In this document: one piece after another, positions 58,610 through 64,000 of the stretch
How positions within the stretch are numbered: position 1 is the stretch's first letter
Layout: each line of letters starts with the position of its first letter
Assembly (NCBI GenBank): GCA_963809885.1
Contig: CAWELA010000003.1
Span: 11,111-75,110, forward strand
Length of the DNA stretch: 64,000 nucleotides
Reading direction: 5' to 3'
DNA from: an uncultured Acidimicrobiia bacterium
GTDB lineage: Bacteria > Actinomycetota > Acidimicrobiia > IMCC26256 > PALSA-555
The notes under the pieces: generated by a model
Told to the model about the DNA's origin: nothing
Databases searched by the model: none
Seen by the model: the letters and a program-made list of their open reading frames with translations, nothing else
Position numbers and translations under genes: made by a program

Positions 58610-60037
58610 CTACCCGGCGATCTTGTGCAGGAACGGTGTCAGGTGCTGCAGGAACGTGTTCGTGGGGCTCGCGCCGGACGGGTCGTTGTGCGCGTAGGTG
58701 TCGTGGCGGTCGACGAGGACGACCTGGCTGCGCGGGATCCCCGACTGTGCCGCGAGCGCCTTGGCGGCGTCGAGGACGCGGGTGCTACCGAGCGCGGCGG
58801 CGAACGCGTAGATCCGGAGCGCCTTCGGCAGGTCGTGGCCGTGCGTCGCGTCGACATCGAGTACCTGCTGCGCGGGGTTCGCGTTGCCGGCGGCCACCGC
58901 GCCGCTGTCGAGCGTCAGGCGCTGGGGGTGGTACCAGGCCGTGCCGTCGTGACCCTGGATCCCGGTTCCCGAGAACATGTCGGCGAAGCGTTGGATGGGG
59001 GTGAGCGCACCGGCATGCTCCCAGCCGCGCGGGTCGCCACTCGCAGCGAGGTGCCCGAGGTGCGCCTGCGCGGCGACGAGGGCCGGCGGTGACGTCTTGA
59101 CGTCGAGCGCGTACCCGTACGCCCCGACGTTGGTGGCCGGCACCGGCGGCTTCAGGTTCGCCGGCAGGACCGGCCAGGTCTGGAGTTGCGAGCGCTGGTT
59201 CGGTTCCTCGTGCACCGTGGTCGCGCCGACGACGTTGAAGAGACCGGCGTAGGGCGCCTTGATATCACCAAACGTGAGCCACGGTGATCCGCTCTGGAGC
59301 TCCTGCAGCTTCTGCGTCGCGACGTCGGGCGTCATCGGTGTGGGACCGCTGCCGCCGTCGATGAACACCAACCCGGAGAGGTCCTTCGATGCCGGTGTGC
59401 CCGCGAAGTCCCAGGTCGCGTACGCGGTGGTGATCGAACCGCCGAGCGAGTGGCCGCCGAGCACGACTGCCCCGCCTTGGCGCTTCGCGGCCGCGACGAC
59501 GCGGTGCAGGTCCTCGACCGCGACGTTCATGCCCCAGTCCTTGGCGTAGGCGACGCTGGAATCGGGGATGAACTGGAAGTGCTGCGTGATGCTTGGGTCG
59601 GTGATGAAGCCGAGGTAGTAGTCGAACAGGTCCTTCGTCGTCGCCGTGCCCGCCTTCACCTTGTCGACGACCGACTGGTCCTCGAGCAGGTTCTCGCGGC
59701 GCTCGACCGCCCAGACCTTCCAGCCCTTGTTCTTGGCGACGATGTCCTTGGCGATGGGCTCGAAGTACGCCGCGCTCGCGGACGTGCCCGGCACGAGGAC
59801 GAGCACGTTCTTGGCCGTCTTCGGCCCGGTCTCGATCACGCCGACCTTGTCGTACTCGGCGGGCGTCCCGGGCGACGCGAAGCCCTCCAGCTGGAAGAAC
59901 CGCACGTCGGGTCCGGACGAGCTGGTGCGCGTCGATGCCGGTCCGGGCGAGGCCGCCGCCCCGAACGCCCCGAGGCTCAGGGCAACCAGTGCGATCACCG
60001 CGCCGACGTTGCGACGGTGCGCGGGCCAGTTCCCCAT
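58610..60037 (-). CDS. Secreted alpha/beta hydrolase (lipase/esterase-like)
   Basis: Intact 475-aa ORF with a signal peptide and the nucleophile elbow VLGGHSLGG. Confidence 0.7.
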   Translation of the reverse strand: MGNWPAHRRNVGAVIALVALSLGAFGAAASPGPASTRTSSSGPDVRFFQLEGFASPGTPAEYDKVGVIETGPKTAKNVLVLVPGTSASAAYFEPIAKDIVAKNKGWKVWAVERRENLLEDQSVVDKVKAGTATTKDLFDYYLGFITDPSITQHFQFIPDSSVAYAKDWGMNVAVEDLHRVVAAAKRQGGAVVLGGHSLGGSITTAYATWDFAGTPASKDLSGLVFIDGGSGPTPMTPDVATQKLQELQSGSPWLTFGDIKAPYAGLFNVVGATTVHEEPNQRSQLQTWPVLPANLKPPVPATNVGAYGYALDVKTSPPALVAAQAHLGHLAASGDPRGWEHAGALTPIQRFADMFSGTGIQGHDGTAWYHPQRLTLDSGAVAAGNANPAQQVLDVDATHGHDLPKALRIYAFAAALGSTRVLDAAKALAAQSGIPRSQVVLVDRHDTYAHNDPSGASPTNTFLQHLTPFLHKIAG

Positions 60038-60440
60038 CAGGTTCCCCCCGCCGGTGGGCCACCCCGACCCCGTTCGGCATCAGCAATGTCGGTCGTCGGA
60101 TGCTACCGAGATGCTGTTGCCGCGCTCGGCGGGATGGTGATCCACTCTCGGAGTCCTCGGGGCAGAGATGCTCGGGATCGTTCGTGATCAGCGCGATACC
60201 GGCGGCTCTGGTCATCGAACTTGCCACCAGCGAGCCGGGACCGTCGCCTACCTGGCACACGGAGAGCAGCGGTGAGCGAACGGCCCAACATCGTGTCGAT
60301 GGCAGGCGATGAGCAGGCAGAGTTCGTCGAACCGGCCAGGGAGACTCGTGATCCACCGACAAGACATCCGTCGAGCCGTCGAACGGCCGCGCGCAATGCC
60401 AACCGACCGTTGCGAACGGTGCTCGATCACTCCTGGTCCG

Positions 60441-60845
60441 TCAGGAAACGCCGTGGGAGGCGAAGTACCAGTGATGCCCCTCCGGGTCGGCCGCGCCGTA
60501 GCGCCGGTCCCCATACGGCTGGTCGGCCGGCTCTTCGATGATCTCGGCGCCGGCCGCACGTGCCTGCGCGCAGTGCCCATCGACGTCGTCGACATAGACG
60601 TAGAGGCTCTGGGTGACCCGGCCCAGGTGCTTGGGGTTCTGGAAGTCGGGACCCGGCGTGCCCATCATGACCACGCCGTCCTCCAGCGCCATCTCCGCGT
60701 GTTGCACCCGGCCGCCGGGACCGCGCTGCCGGTGCCGCTCGACGAGTCCGAACGCCCGCGCGAGCCACTCCATCATGGCGCCGGTGTCCTCGTAGTTGAG
60801 GTAGGGGGAGATGCGTGGGTAGCCAGCGGGCGGATTCGTTGGCAT
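60441..60845 (-). CDS. VOC (glyoxalase/bleomycin-resistance/PhnB-like) family protein
   Basis: MPTNPPAGYPRISPYLNYEDTGAMMEWLARAFG..HAEMALEDGVVMMG..YVYVDDVDGHCAQARAAGAEIIEEPADQPYGDRRYGAADPEGHHWYFA. Confidence 0.75.
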   Translation of the reverse strand: MPTNPPAGYPRISPYLNYEDTGAMMEWLARAFGLVERHRQRGPGGRVQHAEMALEDGVVMMGTPGPDFQNPKHLGRVTQSLYVYVDDVDGHCAQARAAGAEIIEEPADQPYGDRRYGAADPEGHHWYFASHGVS

Positions 60846-60899
60846 GGTCCAACGCACTCTAAACCGCATCATGCATGTCGGCGTCTGGAGCTCGCTCGA

Positions 60900-62438
60900 T
60901 CAGGCCCGCTCCGGGAGGCGTTGCGCCCGGCCAGTGTCGTGCGCGTCACGTAGCTGCCGCTTGAGCACCTTGCCGAGCGGCGAGCGGGGGATCGACTCGG
61001 CTCGCTCGTACCAGCGGGGCCGCTTGTACGCGCCGAGGCGGGCGAGGCACCAGCCGTCGAGCGCTTGGGCGTCGAGGTCCGTCCCGGGCGCCGGAACCAC
61101 GACCGCCTTCACCGCCTCGCCCCATCGACGGTCGGGGACGCCGACGACCGCGACATCGGCGACGCCGGGGTGCGCCAGCAGGACCTGCTCGACCTCCACC
61201 GAGTACACGTTCTCGCCACCCGTCTTGATCATGTCCTTCACGCGGTCGACGAAGTACAGGCGGCCGGCGTCGTCCAGCCGCACGAGGTCGCCGGTGTGCA
61301 GCCAGCCCCCGCGCCACGCAGCGTCGGTGGCTTCGGGGAGCCCTGCGTAGCCGAGCATCGTGCTCGGCCCACGCAGGCAGAGCTCGCCGACCCCGTCGGT
61401 CCCCACCGCGTCGCCGCGTTCGTCGTGCAGCGCGACGTCGAAGCCCAGCAGTGGCCGCCCGAGCGTCCCGGGGTGGTCGAGCTCGTCGGCGAGGCTGCTG
61501 AGGGTGACGAAGTTTCCGGCCTCGGTCGAACCGTAGATCCCGCGCCAAGCGGCTCCGGGAAGGGTGTCGGCCAGCAGTGGCAGCGCGCCGGTCTCCATCG
61601 CGGCACCTCCGAGAACCATGCGAATGCACGACACGTCGACCCCGTCGCGTGCCGCGTCGACGAGCAGCGCCCGCACCCCCGGAGCGGGGATGGTCGTCAC
61701 TCGATCGGTCGACACGCACGCCCAGACGGTCTCGGGATCCATGCCGGGCGGCATGACGCACTGTGCGCCCATCGTGAAGTGGGTGAGCACGAGGCCGAGA
61801 CCGGCGACGTGGAAGAGCGGCATGCCGGCGAGCAGTCGGTCGTCGGTCGAGACCGGCAGACCCTGCGCGAGGTTGGCATTCGATGCCAGCCACGCCGACT
61901 GCGAGAGGAGACACCCCTTCGGGCGTCCGGTGGTGCCCGAGGTGTACAGCTGGAGGACGGGGACGTCGGGCTTCGGCCGAGCGAGCTCGCTGAGGGGATC
62001 GGCGGCCGAGAGCGCCTCGTCGAGCTGGGCCCCGATCGTCCACGTCGTGCGGTCGGCGAGGCCCGAAGCGCGCGCGAGCGATTCGAGGAGGGGGTGGGCG
62101 ATCCCGTGGGACGTGTTCGAGTCGTCGAGCTGGAAGGCGAGCTCCTCGGGTGTGAGCCTGGCGTTCAGCGGTACGAGCACGGCGCCGAGGCGCGAGGCGG
62201 CGAGCAGTGACTCGACGATCTCGGGGTCGTTGCCGCTCAGCGTCGCGATCCGCGTTTCCGCACGGACACCGGCGTCCGCGAAGAGTGCGCTCAGGCGATC
62301 GACGCGCTCGGCGACCTCACGGAATGACCGGGTCTCGCCTCGCGCGCGAAACGCCGGACGGGACCCGAAGAGCACGGCACCGCGATGAGCGAGGTCGGCG
62401 AGCAGCATCGCGCCGCCGCGTTCAAGTGCCACGGTCAA
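60900..62438 (-). CDS. AMP-dependent synthetase/ligase (acyl-CoA synthetase family)
   Basis: Intact 512-aa ORF. AMP-binding motif LYTSGTTGRPKG, ..GYGSTE-like IYGSTEAG.., ..TGDLVRLDDAGRLYFVDRVKDMIKTGGENV.. and the terminal ..GKVLKRQL are present. Confidence 0.9.
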   Translation of the reverse strand: MTVALERGGAMLLADLAHRGAVLFGSRPAFRARGETRSFREVAERVDRLSALFADAGVRAETRIATLSGNDPEIVESLLAASRLGAVLVPLNARLTPEELAFQLDDSNTSHGIAHPLLESLARASGLADRTTWTIGAQLDEALSAADPLSELARPKPDVPVLQLYTSGTTGRPKGCLLSQSAWLASNANLAQGLPVSTDDRLLAGMPLFHVAGLGLVLTHFTMGAQCVMPPGMDPETVWACVSTDRVTTIPAPGVRALLVDAARDGVDVSCIRMVLGGAAMETGALPLLADTLPGAAWRGIYGSTEAGNFVTLSSLADELDHPGTLGRPLLGFDVALHDERGDAVGTDGVGELCLRGPSTMLGYAGLPEATDAAWRGGWLHTGDLVRLDDAGRLYFVDRVKDMIKTGGENVYSVEVEQVLLAHPGVADVAVVGVPDRRWGEAVKAVVVPAPGTDLDAQALDGWCLARLGAYKRPRWYERAESIPRSPLGKVLKRQLRDAHDTGRAQRLPERA

Positions 62439-62587
62439 CGAACCCGACTACGAGGCGCCCGCCGCCGACGATCACCTGTGAAGTGCTCAGGATCATGTCT
62501 CGGGTCCTCCCGTGCAAGCGTCATGCGAACGTGCCGTCCGCGCAATGTACCGGCGAAGATGGTCGGCAGCTGGCCCGGATCGCGGCG

Positions 62588-62773
62588 CTAGCCCGTGAAG
62601 CGGGGGACGACCTCGATCGCAGGTGGGAGCTGGACTTCGACTGCTCCCACATCACACGCCCCACCTTTCTGCTCAATGCACTCCGTCGCCGCACCCACCG
62701 GGGCTGCCCCGACCCAGACCACCGCTCCCGCCACCAGCACCGCGCTCGCCAACATCGCTCCGAGGCTCCGCAT
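62588..62773 (-). CDS. Small secreted two-Cys peptide (61 aa) ending in VVPRFTG
   Basis: ATG 62773. The signal-like sequence is MRSLGAMLASAVLVAGAVVWVGAAPVGAA and the predicted mature part is TECIEQKGGACDVGAVEVQLPPAIEVVPRFTG. 47 of 61 codons end in G/C. The C-terminal 12 residues match the tail of the 48299 protein. Confidence 0.5.
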   Translation of the reverse strand: MRSLGAMLASAVLVAGAVVWVGAAPVGAATECIEQKGGACDVGAVEVQLPPAIEVVPRFTG

Positions 62774-63132
62774 CGCCGGACCCTATCCGTGTGACCCGTG
62801 ATCGAGATGATCACGCGCTCGGGGAGGAAGTCGCCGGTGGTGGTGGACCCGCGGCGTCCGGCAAGAATGGGCAGCGTGGATGCGGCGCCGCGCAGGGATT
62901 CGCCGGATCGAGAGGTGGGGGGCGGGCACATCCTCACTCCCGACCGCGACGGAGGTCTCGGTCGGGTCGAGTGCGACCGCGGGAGACCGAGCGGTGCTCG
63001 TGCGCTACGACCCCGCGACCGACGCGTGTCCTCCGACCGCGGTGATCCGGGTCACCGGCTGACGCTGCGGCCGACCGGCTCGAGGTGGCCGGGCGGCTAC
63101 CTTGCTCGGAGCCCGCACTCGAAAGGCACGCC

Positions 63133-63534
63133 ATGAAAGAGCTCGACGCCGCGGAGAAGAGCGCCCTGATCGCTCAGGTCGACTTCTTCCAGGGCTGTAC
63201 GCAGCGAGAGATCGACGACATCGCCAAGCTCCTGGGTGACCGGCACTTCGCGGTCGGCGACGAGCTCTGCCACCAGGGGGACGCGGAGGCCAACGGGTTC
63301 GTCGTGGTCGACGGTGAGGCGGCCGTGCTCGTCGACGGTGAGCAGGTGGCGACGGTGACCGCGGGCGACGTGGTGGGTGAGCTGTCGATGCTCGGGAACG
63401 GGCACCGGACGGCGACTCTGCGTGCGCTCACCCCCGTCCACGCGCTCGTGATCGAGCCCGATGAGATCGACTCGGTGCTGTCGGCCGACCCGAGCTCGAG
63501 CCAGCGCCTCGGGCGGCGTCCGCACGACGCGTGA
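63133..63534 (+). CDS. Cyclic nucleotide-binding domain protein
   Basis: MKELDAAEKSALIAQVDFFQGCT.. and the cNMP phosphate-binding cassette ..GDVVGELSMLGNGHRTATLRA.. are present. Confidence 0.8.
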   Translation: MKELDAAEKSALIAQVDFFQGCTQREIDDIAKLLGDRHFAVGDELCHQGDAEANGFVVVDGEAAVLVDGEQVATVTAGDVVGELSMLGNGHRTATLRALTPVHALVIEPDEIDSVLSADPSSSQRLGRRPHDA

Positions 63535-63564
63535 GCACCGCCGTCTCGATCTGGAGTCCGACCC

Positions 63565-63999
63565 ATGAACCCGAACAAGGCACTGTGGGAAAAGGGCGAC
63601 TTCACGCGCCTCACAGTCAGCATGCGCGACAGCGGCGCGGCGCTGGTCGATCGAATCGGCACCACCAAGGCGCTCAAGGTGCTGGATCTCGGATGTGGCG
63701 ACGGGACGACGGCCGTTCCCGCGGCCCGGCTCGGCGCCGAGGTGTTGGGCGTCGACATCGCGAGCAACCTCGTCGCGGCGGGGAACCGCCGAGCCGAGGA
63801 AGAAGGCCTCACGAACCTGCGGTTTCAGGAAGGTGACGCCTGCGAGCTGGCAGACCTCGACGACCAGATCTTCGATCTCGTCGTGAGCATCTTCGGTGCG
63901 ATGTTCGCGCCACGACCCTTCGATGTGGCCAAGGAGATGGTGCGCGTGACGAAGCCTGGCGGCCGGATCGTCATGGGCAACTGGATTCCGGGGAATCCG
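63565..63999 (+). CDS. Class I SAM-dependent methyltransferase (partial; the 3' end lies outside the window)
   Basis: ATG 63565 with an open frame to the window edge. SAM-binding motif VLDLGCGDGT, plus ..LVVSIFGAMF.. and ..VTKPGGRIV... Confidence 0.8.
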   Translation, partial: MNPNKALWEKGDFTRLTVSMRDSGAALVDRIGTTKALKVLDLGCGDGTTAVPAARLGAEVLGVDIASNLVAAGNRRAEEEGLTNLRFQEGDACELADLDDQIFDLVVSIFGAMFAPRPFDVAKEMVRVTKPGGRIVMGNWIPGNP

Positions 64000-64000
64000 A

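Noticed and set aside
62880-63062. ORF ending ..TAVIRVTG, as a third member of the PRFTG-tail group
   Set aside because: Only the terminal TG and a hydrophobic-basic pattern are shared. It has no signal peptide and the ORF itself is doubtful.

Overview
This is a high-GC (about 70%) chromosomal segment that looks like Actinomycetota, based on an F420-type LLM oxidoreductase, a mycothiol/DinB-family enzyme, RipA-like NlpC/P60 hydrolases and a Tat-signal PhoD. I can support about 60 protein genes, one initiator tRNA-Met, one cobalamin riboswitch, several hairpins and operator-like repeats, and some coding tandem repeats. I found no CRISPR array, rRNA, transposase or integrase. Most of the content is housekeeping or accessory metabolism: glutamate decarboxylase, cytochrome bd, CoA-ester enzymes, PhoD, CoaA, SelD, several ABC exporters with their regulators, and a P450. 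About half of the genes have their conserved reading frame broken by one or more 1-nt frameshifts, roughly one per kb. They carry no in-frame stops or deletions, so I annotate them as single frameshifted CDSs. I suspect homopolymer indel errors rather than real decay. The best candidates for something new are listed here. (1) A three-gene island at 50.6-52.9 kb has clearly lower GC. It encodes an SPPY beta-class DNA methyltransferase whose C-terminus is a degenerate copy (D..DVS) of a small downstream Mrr-like PD-(D/E)xK protein (D..EYK), with a small acidic protein between them. (2) A cobalamin riboswitch drives two cell-surface proteins that together resemble the two halves of transcobalamin (an alpha/alpha-toroid protein and a DUF4430-like protein). 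It lies back to back with an ECF transporter operon. (3) Two unrelated secreted proteins 13 kb apart share the extreme C-terminal tail P-x-A-[LI]-x-[LV]-V-P-R-F-T-G-stop. (4) An ECF sigma / membrane protein / His-Asp-rich repeat protein module shows an SD-sequestering hairpin. Two unusual fusions also stand out: CBS pair-citrate synthase and esterase-thioredoxin (WCQPC).
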